Origin: an uncultured delta proteobacterium
Lineage (GTDB): Bacteria; Myxococcota_A; Polyangia; Fen-1088
Length of the DNA: 64,000 nucleotides
Direction: 5' to 3'
Assembly (NCBI GenBank): GCA_963796685.1
Contig: CAWCMR010000011.1
Coordinates: forward strand, 160,001-224,000
The notes under the pieces: generated by a model
The model's database searches: none
What the model saw: the letters and a program-made list of their open reading frames with translations, nothing else
What the model was told of the DNA's origin: nothing
Made by a program: the position numbers and the translations under genes
Part shown: positions 1 through 9,406 of the stretch, in pieces
Layout: the number at the start of each line of letters is the position of its first letter
Numbering within the stretch: position 1 is the first letter of the stretch

Positions 1-14
1 GTGTAAAACCCGCA

Positions 15-925
15 ATGGCCTCGGAGACGATGTTGGATCTGGGGCGCTATCACCTGGCCGCGCTGGCACGGGACGCGTGAGTACCGGTGGGCTTTGCCCA
101 GCGGTACTCATCGCGGGAGATTGAAAGAACCCTCTCAGGGTTCTTTCATAGATTGCCGGGACCAAGGCATTGGCCAGCGCATTTCAGCCCGTGCAGGACG
201 AGCTGCAAGCAGCGACCACAGCGCGCGTGGAAGCCGAAAAAGCGATGACCAATCCGCGTGTGGCTGTGCGCTTCGCCGAGAATGCGGTGGAGCGTGCGAT
301 CCGTCAGGTGGCGCTGCTCGCCCACGGGGCGGACAACAACGCCACCGGTGGACCGGCGTTCAAGGCGTTGTTCCCGAATGGCCTCGACGCCGAGCTGCGC
401 CCCATCGGCGCATCCCAAGTCTCGGCAGCCGTTACCTTGCGCGAGCGCCTCGACACCCAACCGGCCGCAGCCAAGGTCAAGGCGCAAGTCATGGACGACT
501 TCGACAAGGCACTCGCCGCCTTCAGGTTGGCCATTGACGCCCGCCAAGCCGGCGAGACCAAAGTCAGCCAAGCCCGTGCCACCGAATTCGGCGCGCGCGA
601 GCGCTTCGTCTCTGCCTACGACAGCAACATCGGAGCCATCAGGCAGCTCTTCCCGCGCGACCGCGCCCAGCAAGACCGGAACGAAGGCGGAATCGCGCCC
701 AGCCACGCCTCGAACAACGGCGGAGGCGGTGATACACCGACCCCACCCACACCGGCGACCGACACTAGGAGCAAGCAATTCCGGCCTTCACGGGCCGAAA
801 CACGTGGAAACCGTCTCCTGGTCCACCCAGCAGGCGGTGACCACTCTGGAAATGGCCGTTGGGCCGACCTAGGTGGCATTTCCCGAAGTGGTGGATGCGC
901 AGTGCGGCGGCCCAGGTGGGGGTGA
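15..925 (+). pseudogene. Myxobacterial-type hypothetical protein interrupted by a 77-80 bp insertion
   Basis: Frame from 15 reads MASETMLDLGRYHLAALARDA then hits TGA at 78. The frame resuming at 155 (AGTKALASAFQPVQDEL...) joins in frame if 78-154 is removed. The true start may lie before the window and the C-terminal end is uncertain. Confidence 0.55.
78..154. mobile_element. Small double-hairpin insertion (REP/PATE/MITE-like)
   Basis: Hairpin 1 is tgagtaccg-gtgggctttgccca-gcggtactca (78-110). Hairpin 2 is tgaaagaaccct-ctc-agggttctttca (122-148). The element sits inside a reading frame and breaks it. Confidence 0.55.
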
Positions 926-1095
926 CCGTGGGGGAAAGGGGAGATGGGTGGACCTAGGTGGGGCTGCCCGCGGGGGAAGGGCAGGGTGGGTGGACCCAGG
1001 TCGGGCTGACAGCGGTGGGAATGGGAGATGGGTGGACCCAGGGGAGGTTGACCGGGGGGGGCCAGGGGAGGGTGACCACAGGTGGGGGAGGGGAG
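818..1095. repeat. Degenerate G-rich tandem repeat, ~42-bp period, ~6 units
   Basis: Core gggtggacc(t/c)agg at 946, 988 and 1030, exactly 42 bp apart; more degenerate copies near 861 and 904. Confidence 0.65.
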
Positions 1096-1205
1096 TTGTG
1101 GTGTTGCGGCGATGGAACGTGTATTGCCAGCACTGGCCCATCGACAAATCGCTTGTCGCTCGACTACCAGCAACACGAATCGACGAGTCCGAGCAGGACG
1201 GAAGG

Positions 1206-2702
1206 TTACGCTGGAAAAGCGGTACGTCGCCGCGACCGACCGGACACCCAGTCATCTGCAATTGCCTGCGCTCCGTCGTGGTCCCCGGACAGTAGCTTTG
1301 TCACAGCCTTGCGGTAGGCGTTTCGGGCTCCTGAGAAAGTGGCTGGAACCGGCAGAGGCAGAGCGGCCAAGTCCCTTGGTTCAAACTTCAGCAGGCCATC
1401 TGCGTAAATCCGCCCTACCTTGAACGCCGCAGTTCTCGTGCGAGATGACAGCAATGCAAGACTCCACGCTGCCATTTCCTCGATCGTCTTGGCGCTCTTG
1501 AACCGCACGATGTAGAGAGTGTTCGTGGCAGCCAATCTAGGCATGGTCCGGAGCGAGAGCCACGGCCCATGGATGGACATTCCGCTGAGAAACCCGTCGA
1601 TACGTGCAGGCAATGGTACCCGGTACCACGGATCCCGCTGACTGACCTTGAACCCCCTGCGATGACAGCCGCCGCGTTCCTCTTGAAGCGAAAGGTAATC
1701 CTTCACCTTAGGGTGCCTGCAAACATTGGGCGAGGGGTCGAAGAGCCAGATTCTCTCTCCACTTTCGAGATGGATGTTCCACTCAATTGGCCCTATTTCG
1801 GCAGCCCGAAGCTGTCGGGCCTTGGTCAATACCGGTCTAACTGCGTCTAGTGGAAGCCCCAAGTCGCGCCTCTCGCTTTCCTTCAGCAGGAAGAAGTGAG
1901 CATCCCCTGTTACGCCTCCAATGAGAACCTCGGCCACGTCCCCGAACCGACGTTCGCAGGAAGTGCGGACACCGCATTCCTTTGTCGCAGGTTCTACTGC
2001 TTTGGGCGCTGGATGACTGAGCGACGCGGCGAGTTCGGCCGCTGTATCGCAGTCACGCCGACCGAAATGAACGTGCGGTTCGCCAAAACCACGTCCGACG
2101 ATGACGATGCACCCGTCTTGAACATCACCGAAGAGTCGATCTCTCGTCCGGAACACGTCAAACGAGCGAAACGCCCGAGGAATGCGCTCCCTCATGACTG
2201 AGGCATAGTCGGCGTGGTCCCAGGACGCCGGTAGGATGAAGCCCAGGTGGCCCCCCGTGCGAAGTCGCTGGAGAGCCCTGCAGAGAAACGCAACCCAGTA
2301 GTTGCTGCGCAAACGAATGCGCGATCCATTGGGAAGGCTCGTGACGAGTGCAGCGTCTCTCAGTCGTTTGGGAACCCGCCCTAAGGAGAGGTACGGCGGG
2401 TTGCAAATGATTCGATCGAAGAGATGATCCGAGATGTCGGCCCAAGCGACAAAGTCGACGCCCCTTCTCGTATGCGCTAGGCCATCAGCAAGCGACGAGC
2501 ATCTTTCGATATCGAACGCATGGATCCGCTCGCGGGCAACACCGGCACCGTGAAGCGCACGAAGAAACGCCCCCGTTCCAACGCAGGGGTCCAACCACCT
2601 ATCCGCGGGGCCGCCGTTGAGCGCCCGAACGAGTGCTGACGCGAGCGGAGGTGGTGTGTACACCGTCGCAGAAGAGAGCTTATCGAATGCAAAAGAGATC
2701 AT
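1206..2702 (-). CDS. N6-adenine DNA methyltransferase (N-6 DNA methylase / Eco57I-like MTase domain)
   Basis: SAM-binding motif I WLDPCVGTGAFL, catalytic NPPY, N-terminal VYTPPPLA and C-terminal GLLKFEPRDL; gamma-class motif order. Confidence 0.9.
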   Translation of the reverse strand: MISFAFDKLSSATVYTPPPLASALVRALNGGPADRWLDPCVGTGAFLRALHGAGVARERIHAFDIERCSSLADGLAHTRRGVDFVAWADISDHLFDRIICNPPYLSLGRVPKRLRDAALVTSLPNGSRIRLRSNYWVAFLCRALQRLRTGGHLGFILPASWDHADYASVMRERIPRAFRSFDVFRTRDRLFGDVQDGCIVIVGRGFGEPHVHFGRRDCDTAAELAASLSHPAPKAVEPATKECGVRTSCERRFGDVAEVLIGGVTGDAHFFLLKESERRDLGLPLDAVRPVLTKARQLRAAEIGPIEWNIHLESGERIWLFDPSPNVCRHPKVKDYLSLQEERGGCHRRGFKVSQRDPWYRVPLPARIDGFLSGMSIHGPWLSLRTMPRLAATNTLYIVRFKSAKTIEEMAAWSLALLSSRTRTAAFKVGRIYADGLLKFEPRDLAALPLPVPATFSGARNAYRKAVTKLLSGDHDGAQAIADDWVSGRSRRRTAFPA

Positions 2703-3424
2703 TCCTTCGCCACAAAGAGAGAGGTTGGCGGCATCGCGCGCTTAAGCACCACCCATGGTGAGCCTGCACTGTTCTTCAGTTCGTCGGTCTGCCATCTTGC
2801 GTACGCGGAAAGGCGATGCCCCTGCAGTGTGCGCCACCGTAACTGATGGTGGCTTTCTTTCGCGGCGAACTTCTCCCATTCTTCTTGGAACAGTTCCCCC
2901 AAGACAAACTCAACAACTACCATAGGCGTGGCAGGCAGGATTGGAATGCGCGGCACCGGTATTCCGCACGTGTCATGGATGTGCGAGTGAAAGAAGCAGC
3001 CTGGCGCGTCTCTTGCCCCAAGCTCCATTTTCCACCTCGTCAGCAGTGCCCCCTTTGCTTCGGGTGTTCCTCCGAACAGCGCGACGGCGGTTGAGGCCTT
3101 TCCCACAACGTAAAGATCCGGAAGATGCGAGTTCTTCTTGTGAGGGATACACGTGATCTCCCAGGTTGTCGCAATCTCCGCAAAGACTGGCTGTCCCGTG
3201 GCTTTGTCGTACTGAATGCTTGCCGCCGTAATCAGTGGATCGTCCTCCGGGATAGAGAGCACTCCCGTCCTTCTCGAGTCGCGAATCCGAGTCAAAAGCG
3301 AGCGGTACTCGCGCAGAACTCTTTCGGCTGTCGGGTAAAGAAACGATCGAGGCAATGACGCGACAAAATCGACTTCGGCGATTGTGTCTACGAAGCGATA
3401 CTGAAGTTCGCCCACCCCTGGCAT
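2699..3424 (-). CDS. Hypothetical protein with FHSHIHD...PRIP motif (candidate effector of the operon)
   Basis: 241-aa ORF whose stop overlaps the MTase ATG (ATGA) and which starts 5 bp after the receiver gene; no family confidently recognised. Confidence 0.75.
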   Translation of the reverse strand: MPGVGELQYRFVDTIAEVDFVASLPRSFLYPTAERVLREYRSLLTRIRDSRRTGVLSIPEDDPLITAASIQYDKATGQPVFAEIATTWEITCIPHKKNSHLPDLYVVGKASTAVALFGGTPEAKGALLTRWKMELGARDAPGCFFHSHIHDTCGIPVPRIPILPATPMVVVEFVLGELFQEEWEKFAAKESHHQLRWRTLQGHRLSAYARWQTDELKNSAGSPWVVLKRAMPPTSLFVAKE

Positions 3425-3429
3425 GGTGC

Positions 3430-4557
3430 TCAGATCTCGGCCTTCTCGCGGTCGTCCTCGACTACCAGCGCACGCAGCCGGGGGTGCTCACGAACGTCGC
3501 CCAGCAATACCCACGCGGGTTCAGCGTAGGCCGGCCAGTCGTCCGGTTGAATTCTGACTGCAGCAGAAACCGGCACTGCGGGTTCAGTTGGTCTCAAGTC
3601 GACATCAAGGCATTGCACGGAGTCTTTGGCCTCTAGCCGCGCAGGAGGATGACCAGCGATACCTTCGAGTCGTTCGTGGAGCAACCTAAGATCAAACGGC
3701 CGCCCGGCAGTAATGTTCCACACGAATGCATCCACGCCCGGTCGCCACCAGTGTTTCCCCTGGAAGTCTTTGAGTATCCCCGTGTATCGGAACGGCAAAA
3801 GGGCCATTGAGAGCTCAGATCCGTCATCTTGAAGGTCCGCTTTGACCGCCATGGGATCGAGACGGAGGCGAATGGCGAGCCGGGAAGCGTCCATCAAGAA
3901 GCACGGGTACGGCAGGATGCGGTGGAGCATCCAGCGAACGAACGCTAGACCATGGCTGTGGCTCGACATATTGTGAATGGGCGGATGGCACTGCTCAATC
4001 TCGAGCCATGCACTGTCTCTCCACTCGGATTGCGACAGGCCGAGGAGTGATTCGACGGAATCCCGGAGTCCAGCAAAGTCGTCGGGGCTCCAATCCTGAG
4101 GAAGGAGTGCGACGGCTTCCGCTAGCGACAACACCTGAGAGTGGAGTCTATCTGCGTCCTTGTAGAAGACCCACTCGAGGTCATGCGCGGCTGCCAGAAC
4201 ATGATTCCGCAACTCAGTTGGGTGCCCCAAGCTTAGGTCTCCTGGGTGGCCGGAGTGGAGAGCGAAGGCCACCGGCGCTTGACTCTTCTTCCGCTTCAAG
4301 TGGTCTTTCAGAAGCGCTGCGAGGCCAAGACCGGAGTGCACTTGGCATGCAAAAGGAAGGTTGTCGCGCTCCGGCCAAACCTCGAGCCGAAGGTCCAGAA
4401 GGACTAGTTGCCTCCCCAGAAGATCACGCTCTTCAAGTTCCTGCGGATGAAGCGCTGTTACCTTGGCGGCATCGCCGAACTCCGCCTGCAGGGCAGTCCC
4501 GACCGTCGACTCATCATCAGCCACCAGAATCTTTAACGGTGTTTGCGCAATAGCCAT
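3430..4557 (-). CDS. Response regulator receiver-domain protein with extended unknown C-terminal domain
   Basis: ILVADDE acidic pocket, LVLLDLRL phosphoacceptor Asp, FALHSG and VFYK motifs; ~240 further residues with no recognisable HTH. Confidence 0.8.
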   Translation of the reverse strand: MAIAQTPLKILVADDESTVGTALQAEFGDAAKVTALHPQELEERDLLGRQLVLLDLRLEVWPERDNLPFACQVHSGLGLAALLKDHLKRKKSQAPVAFALHSGHPGDLSLGHPTELRNHVLAAAHDLEWVFYKDADRLHSQVLSLAEAVALLPQDWSPDDFAGLRDSVESLLGLSQSEWRDSAWLEIEQCHPPIHNMSSHSHGLAFVRWMLHRILPYPCFLMDASRLAIRLRLDPMAVKADLQDDGSELSMALLPFRYTGILKDFQGKHWWRPGVDAFVWNITAGRPFDLRLLHERLEGIAGHPPARLEAKDSVQCLDVDLRPTEPAVPVSAAVRIQPDDWPAYAEPAWVLLGDVREHPRLRALVVEDDREKAEI

Positions 4558-4562
4558 TGGTC

Positions 4563-6926
4563 CTACTCCGCGAAAGTAATCTCAAGCGCGGTCACGAATG
4601 GCCGAGAGGATGGCGCCACGAAGTGTATCTCAGCGCCGTACTGATCGAGAATGCCTCGCGTGATTGGCAGCCCCAGGCCCATGCCTTGGCCGAGCACGGG
4701 ATCGAGTTCAGTGGTTGTCGATTCAAACGGGAGGAACCAACGCTCCCCCTCGGTGGGCTCTATCCTCTTCCCGGTATTCTCTAACAGGACGCGCACTCCA
4801 CCTTGATCGATGATCGAGGCCGTCGCCCGAATGCGTCCCCCGTCTCCGGCCGCCTTCACTGCATTGGTGAGCAAGTTTGAAAAGACCGTTGTTAGCTCAG
4901 CAGGGAACATGGGCGGCGTTTTGAGGTTTTCCGGGATAGCCGGCTCGATTCCTATGTTGCGCTTCGTGGCCGACCCTTCCACCAATTTGACCGCGGATGC
5001 AAAGCGCTCGGCGATGTTCAGCCGCACCCTCCGCCTACGTGCATCGGGAGTAAGGATGTCCGTAAGGTAGGACGCATGCCGCTCGAGGCTATGGCGAAGG
5101 TCCACCAGGGTGGCGTGAACGGTCGCGAGTTGCGTACGGGCCGAGGTCGGTAGACCCGGGTCGTTCCGAATGCGAGTCAATGCGGTGTCTGCGGCGCGGG
5201 CGACGCCCAAGAGGCCACGAACCTCATGGATGAAGCTACCCATCTGCGTGCCGACCGATGCAAGAACCCGGAGCATCGCTTCGTCTCGGCGGAGAGATTG
5301 AAACGTCGAGACGGCCTCATCGTAGAGCGGAATTGCCTTTGCGAACTTCTGGACTGCTGCAGCGAGATCGCCTCCCCCTGCGAGCCTTTTGGCCTCTCGG
5401 GTGAGCTCGACTGCCATCGCTGCAGCACCGGTCGCCTCAGTTGCCGGGCTCTCGGGACCATGAGTGTTACGCGATCCACCTTCGGTTGCCGTTTCGTTGT
5501 CGCGTGACGTTGGGTCTCTCCCTGCACGTCCAGACTGGCGTTCCTTTCGCCGCTCCGCCCTTGTGGCCTCTGAGGAGGCCGCGCGAACGCGGGTCGAGAG
5601 GTCGATGGCCGTACGGACGATGTCGACGAGTGCGTGGTAGGTGTCGTCTGGGACAAAACCCTCACGATTCACGAGCATCTCGAGGGACTTAGCGCCGTCT
5701 TCAATTAGGAGGACCGCCCCAAAGTAGTGGGCGTTGGGTAGTACGCTGAGTATCTCTTCTTGGACAGGGTCCTCCCCTGGGGCGGCATGCTTCAGATCCA
5801 ATTCGCCAGAACGTCTGGTGTATGCAGCATCAAGGCCCAGCCAGTCATTTCCAGTCTCACCGTAGGGAAGGACGCGGAATCCCTCCATGAATACTCGAAT
5901 ACCGGTGGTAGCGCGCACCCATGCTTGAGCGGTTTTCGGTGCGTTCAGAATTCCTTCTCGGACCAATATTCGGGCCTGAAAAAATGGGCCGAGTTGCTGA
6001 TTTGGATGAGCAAAGTCGTACGAACGCGTTTCCGCGTCCTTGTTCTTGTCGCGCGTTCGCACTGTCGGGGAGATTAGGACTCTGACCGGCTGCTTTGGGC
6101 TGGCTTCGATTTCGATGATCCAAGAGGCAGCCTCGAGCAAGGCTTGCCAATACTCGTCTCCGCCGCTGAAGTCACCTTCGAGAAGCACGCGAAATGACGG
6201 ATCCCTGCTGCTAGAGTCACGCACTCGCGGTTCCGCGAAGAGCGGCTTGGTCTTCAGAACGGACCTGGGCGGCGGCTTGATGAGGGACGCTGGTGGCTGA
6301 AAGCTCTGAACCTCCGCTAGGAACCGAGTCAGGGCAGCATCGCTCCACCTACGCCTCAGGTGGCGTAATTCGATTCGCGTACCACACTTCACTGAAGTGC
6401 GAACGGCGGAAGATCTCACCGATAGCGCGGCGTCCTTCTTCTTGGGTTCACCCGAGTCGTCGAGCTCGGACTGCTCAATCTTCTCAAGCGTTTCGTAGTT
6501 CTCGATGCTGTCCCAGTTGATTACCGCTTCGACCGACCTGCGGTCAGTGTTGGGCGTGGTCGACCACGGAACCGAGGAGACCTTGAGCGATCGCGACAGC
6601 TTATGGGCCGCAAGCCGACCTATGCCCTTCGCACCGGTGAACCTTCGCCCCCATCGCGTCGACCTGCGGTCCGTCGTATCTTTGGCCCTAGATGCGATAC
6701 GAAGGAATCCGTTCTCAAACTGTTCCGGAGCCATGCCTGTTCCGTCGTCCTCTATACGGATGATTCCGCCTCTGCCCGACCGAAGAGATTCTCCCCAAAC
6801 GACGACCTCGGATGCGTCGGCGTCGTAGGCGTTCTTCACCAGTTCGACCAGCGCAGTCGAGTCCCGCCCGACGAGCAGTGCGCCAAGTTCGCGGAAAAGG
6901 TGTGTATCAACGGAGAAACCGGCCAT
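4563..6926 (-). CDS. MORC/HSP90-like GHKL ATPase fused to a C-terminal histidine kinase
   Basis: N-terminal ELVKNAYDADA, IEDDGTGM, TGAKGIGRLA, GTRIEL; middle GFRVLPYG..NDWLGLD and REGF; HisKA GSFIHEV; HATPase NLLTNAVKA and GMGLGL. Start taken at MAGFSVD (6926). Confidence 0.88.
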   Translation of the reverse strand: MAGFSVDTHLFRELGALLVGRDSTALVELVKNAYDADASEVVVWGESLRSGRGGIIRIEDDGTGMAPEQFENGFLRIASRAKDTTDRRSTRWGRRFTGAKGIGRLAAHKLSRSLKVSSVPWSTTPNTDRRSVEAVINWDSIENYETLEKIEQSELDDSGEPKKKDAALSVRSSAVRTSVKCGTRIELRHLRRRWSDAALTRFLAEVQSFQPPASLIKPPPRSVLKTKPLFAEPRVRDSSSRDPSFRVLLEGDFSGGDEYWQALLEAASWIIEIEASPKQPVRVLISPTVRTRDKNKDAETRSYDFAHPNQQLGPFFQARILVREGILNAPKTAQAWVRATTGIRVFMEGFRVLPYGETGNDWLGLDAAYTRRSGELDLKHAAPGEDPVQEEILSVLPNAHYFGAVLLIEDGAKSLEMLVNREGFVPDDTYHALVDIVRTAIDLSTRVRAASSEATRAERRKERQSGRAGRDPTSRDNETATEGGSRNTHGPESPATEATGAAAMAVELTREAKRLAGGGDLAAAVQKFAKAIPLYDEAVSTFQSLRRDEAMLRVLASVGTQMGSFIHEVRGLLGVARAADTALTRIRNDPGLPTSARTQLATVHATLVDLRHSLERHASYLTDILTPDARRRRVRLNIAERFASAVKLVEGSATKRNIGIEPAIPENLKTPPMFPAELTTVFSNLLTNAVKAAGDGGRIRATASIIDQGGVRVLLENTGKRIEPTEGERWFLPFESTTTELDPVLGQGMGLGLPITRGILDQYGAEIHFVAPSSRPFVTALEITFAE

Positions 6927-7445
6927 CTGGGGGGTAGCGTACAGCAAGTCCCTGTGGCTTGCGACGTTTCTGGGCCTCGTTTCTGGTTCTCGTCTCCCGG
7001 GGGGCGACGGTTCCTAGTCAACGCGAAGCAGGTCAAGTCACTGGCATAACTACTCGGGTAAACCGCTACCAGCGACGCAAGCGCCAAACCAGCATCCTGG
7101 GGGCAATGCTCCCATGCCGACGATGCCGTGAAGACCGACGCAGCCGACGGCGACGGCGCCGGTGAACAGGGCCATGGAAGGGGGACCAGCAGCACCACAC
7201 CCGAGGGTGGTTCTCGAGGCTGGTTCCAGAGGTTTCGAGGAAGACACCGACAGAGTGGAGCAACCGTATTCGAGCACGCGAGCCATCGAGGCGGCAGCGT
7301 GGAAACGGTGCCACAATCTTCCGCGCGGGGCCTTGGCCCCATACCCGGGGCTCCTTGTGGTTCAGGTGGGAGAAGCACTCCGGGGCTCGCACTTGTGGTA
7401 GGAATGGGTTCGTCGGCCGGGATGTACGTAGCATCGGAGGGCACG

Positions 7446-9173
7446 ATGGTCGCAGGCACCGCGAAGAGGATCGGTCTTGTCATTGCTTCCACCCTTGCCG
7501 TCGCCGCATGCGGTGGTTCCTCGCTGAGAACCAGCAAGGCCAATGATTCAGGGACGAGCTCACCCGATCTTGGGGTGCAAGGCGATCTGGCGGCTGACCA
7601 CAATCCCGCCTACAAAGACGTGGCTGCTGACGTGGCTGGCATCATCCCCGATGCGGGATCCGCCGCTGATGCGGGCGTCGTCGCCATCGATCTCCGTCCG
7701 GATGCACCTCTCGTCAACCGCGACAGCGCGAGCCCAGATACTACCCTCATCGAGAAAGATGCTGCGAACGACGCCGCGGGCAAGCAGGACGTTGCTGCCA
7801 AGAAGGATGTCTCTTTGGACGGCGGTGGGGCGCCGGTATGCACGGGGACGCTCTTGTTCGGCGGCCTGCCCTTGGTGGAAACCGGGTCTTCCCCGAATGC
7901 GCTGGTATCGGGGGATCTGAACGGCGACCGCAGGCTGGACCTCGTGACAGCGAACGTGGGCACGAGCACGGTAAGCGTGCTGCTTGGTGACGGGACCTTC
8001 GCCGGCAGGGTGGACGGTGCGACCGGAGGACATCCAACCTCGGTGGCGCTCGGGGACTTGAACGGCGATGGCAAGCTGGACCTTGTTGCAACGAACGACT
8101 CGAGTACCCTGGGCGTGCAGCTCGGGAACGGCGACGGAACCTTCGGCACCATCGTGGGCTACCAAGACGTGTTGCCGAATTATGTGTTGATGGGTGACTT
8201 GAACGGTGACGGCAACATGGACTTGGTTGGGGCAGGACCTTGGTTGACTGTCTTGCTCGGCAGAGGCGACGGAACCTTCGCGACCACGGTGCTCGACACG
8301 AGCCTGGCCGCGGAGGCGGCGGCGCTGGGCGATCTCGATGGCGATGGCAAACTGGACGTCGTGGTGACGGCCACAAATCCGGAGGCGGTGAGGGTGTTGC
8401 TGGGCAAGGGGGACGGAACCTTCGTCGCCAAGGGGGACTACGCCATGTCGGCCATAGCGCTGGTGCTGGGTGACGTGAACGGCGATCGGAAGCTCGACCT
8501 CGTCCTTGCCATCCCTGATTCGAAGGTCATGCGCGTGCTGCCGGGCAAGGGCGATGGAACCTTTGCCGCGAGCAGGGACTATCCAACCGGCGGCACCCCA
8601 AGCGCGTTGGTGCTGGGGGACGTGAACGACGATGGCCACCTGGACATCCTTGCCGCGAGCTACGAATCCCAAAGCGTGAGCGTGCTGCTGGGCAAGGGCG
8701 ATGGCACCTTTGCAGCGAACACCGACTATCCGACTCCGAACCTCCCGACTTCCGTCGTGCTCGGTGACTTGAACGGCGATGGCGACCTAGACATCCTGAC
8801 AACGAACGGCGCCTTCGACGACGCCCTTGGCATTCTGCTTGGAAATGGGGACGGGACCTTCACCGCCAAGGACGGTTACCCAACCCTGCCTGACCTGACT
8901 CCGAAATCAGTGGCGGTGGGCGACTTGAATGGCGACGGCAAGATGGATCTGGTGACGGCGAACCACACCGGCACGGTGAGCCTGTTTCTCGGCAAAGGGG
9001 ACGGGACTTTCGCGACAAACGTGGACTTCGCCGCTGCCTCCATATGTCTACCCTGTGACGGCGGTCCGGACTCGGTGATGGTGGGCGACTTGAACGGTGA
9101 CGGTAGGCTGGACATCGTGGTCACGAACGAAGGCTCGGACACCATGAACGTGCTGCCCAACTCGTGCCAGTAG
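7446..9173 (+). CDS. FG-GAP/VCBS repeat lipoprotein
   Basis: Lipobox LAVAACGG followed by about nine GD(L/V)NGDGxxD...LLGxGDGTF repeats. Start taken at MVAGTAKR. Confidence 0.85.
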   Translation: MVAGTAKRIGLVIASTLAVAACGGSSLRTSKANDSGTSSPDLGVQGDLAADHNPAYKDVAADVAGIIPDAGSAADAGVVAIDLRPDAPLVNRDSASPDTTLIEKDAANDAAGKQDVAAKKDVSLDGGGAPVCTGTLLFGGLPLVETGSSPNALVSGDLNGDRRLDLVTANVGTSTVSVLLGDGTFAGRVDGATGGHPTSVALGDLNGDGKLDLVATNDSSTLGVQLGNGDGTFGTIVGYQDVLPNYVLMGDLNGDGNMDLVGAGPWLTVLLGRGDGTFATTVLDTSLAAEAAALGDLDGDGKLDVVVTATNPEAVRVLLGKGDGTFVAKGDYAMSAIALVLGDVNGDRKLDLVLAIPDSKVMRVLPGKGDGTFAASRDYPTGGTPSALVLGDVNDDGHLDILAASYESQSVSVLLGKGDGTFAANTDYPTPNLPTSVVLGDLNGDGDLDILTTNGAFDDALGILLGNGDGTFTAKDGYPTLPDLTPKSVAVGDLNGDGKMDLVTANHTGTVSLFLGKGDGTFATNVDFAAASICLPCDGGPDSVMVGDLNGDGRLDIVVTNEGSDTMNVLPNSCQ

Positions 9174-9203
9174 ACATCCGTGGATGTCGGGTGGAGGACG
9201 GGA

Positions 9204-9405
9204 CTACGCGGCGAAGCGCAGAATCTCGACTTCGGCACCGGAGCGCACGGCCAAGTCAGCCACGGCGTAGACCTTCAGCGCGACCTCTTCGGAGAGATAG
9301 TACTCCTCGACTTTTCCGGGTCGGACGACATGCAGGACCCGCCCGGCGACGGTCCCCGGCAGAAGGGCGCTAGGATACGGCCGACGGTTCGGATCCTCAT
9401 GTATA
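9204..9405 (-). pseudogene. Fused remnant of a DUF4258 / YgiT-type (MqsA-like) toxin-antitoxin pair
   Basis: Minus frame reads HEDPNRRPYPSALLPGTVAGRVLHVV (DUF4258-like) directly into EEYYLSEEVALKVYAVADLAVRSGAEVEILRFAA* (YgiT-like C-terminus); no start codon and no Cys pairs. Confidence 0.5.
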
Positions 9406-9406
9406 A

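Noticed and set aside
818-1095. CRISPR array
   Set aside because: Repeats are degenerate, the intervening sequences resemble each other, and there are no cas genes in the window.
7880-9160. DNA repeat array
   Set aside because: Fully explained by coding FG-GAP repeats.
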